From positions 1 through 37,174 of the forward strand of contig JALOPK010000004.1 in assembly GCA_025453925.1 (NCBI GenBank): 37,174 nt of DNA, read 5' to 3'. Below the pieces are notes generated by a model, which was given only the letters and a program-made list of their open reading frames with translations, was not told where the DNA came from and ran no database searches. Numbering within the stretch: the first letter of the stretch is position 1; the number at the start of each line of letters is the position of its first letter. This document shows, piece by piece, positions 36,878 through 37,174 of the stretch. Origin of the DNA: Candidatus Eiseniibacteriota bacterium (GTDB lineage Bacteria > JAFGKV01). The translations under genes were made by a program, and so were the position numbers.

Positions 36878-37174
36878 GTGCGACTTCAGGAACCCGAAAT
36901 CCGGCAACGGGTCCAGCGGTTCAGGGAAGCCTGCACCGCGGCAAGGGTGAGGCTGACCCACCAGCGTCTGGAGATCTTCCGGGAGGTGGCCGGCACCGGC
37001 GACCATCCCGACGTCGAGGCGATCTGGAGGGCGGTACGGAAGCGCATCCCCACCGTGTCGCTGGACACCGTCTACCGGACGCTCTGGCTGCTGAACGACG
37101 TCGGCGCCATCACCACGCTGGGGCTCCCCCGCGAGCGAATCCGCTTCGATGCCAACACGACTCCGCACCATCAC
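36878..37174 (+). CDS. Fur-family transcriptional repressor, PerR-like (3' truncated by the window edge; absent from the ORF track)
   Basis: AGGAGG RBS and GTG. Translation MRLQEPEIRQRVQRFREACTAARVRLTHQRLEIFREVAGTGDHPDVEAIWRAVRKRIPTVSLDTVYRTL...RIRFDANTTPHHH. Confidence 0.92.
   Translation, partial: MRLQEPEIRQRVQRFREACTAARVRLTHQRLEIFREVAGTGDHPDVEAIWRAVRKRIPTVSLDTVYRTLWLLNDVGAITTLGLPRERIRFDANTTPHHH

Noticed and set aside
36755-37174. 139-aa minus-strand ORF at the right edge
   Set aside because: It is antisense to the clear PerR/Fur-like gene starting at 36878.

Overview
GC-rich bacterial chromosomal window with no rRNA, tRNA, CRISPR array, prophage or intact transposase. Exported proteins with T9SS/FlgD-like C-terminal tails, a DUF6754-type protein and the TIGH-type ArgRS suggest an FCB-associated candidate phylum, but this is inference only. 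Housekeeping genes (argS, rsfS, pepA, speB, a long-chain acyl-CoA ligase and a 3'-truncated PerR/Fur gene) are interleaved with many cell-envelope genes. These comprise four GT-C-fold glycosyltransferase-like proteins, a YqeG-type HAD phosphatase fused to a fifth GT-C-like domain, an O-antigen-ligase-like ORF, a multidomain S8 protease, a decayed M1 aminopeptidase, two ECF sigma/zinc-finger anti-sigma/exported-protein triads, an MBL-TPR protein with an altered metal site and a frameshifted beta-propeller repeat protein. The strongest novelty leads are (1) a ~155-bp IR-bounded structured noncoding element at 11325-11479 that resembles an IS110-type noncoding end without its recombinase, (2) the HAD/GT-C fusion within a dispersed GT-C glycosylation set, (3) a 36-aa Lys-rich microprotein and (4) a perfect 28-bp palindrome. 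All family calls come from motif recognition by eye; no searches were run.
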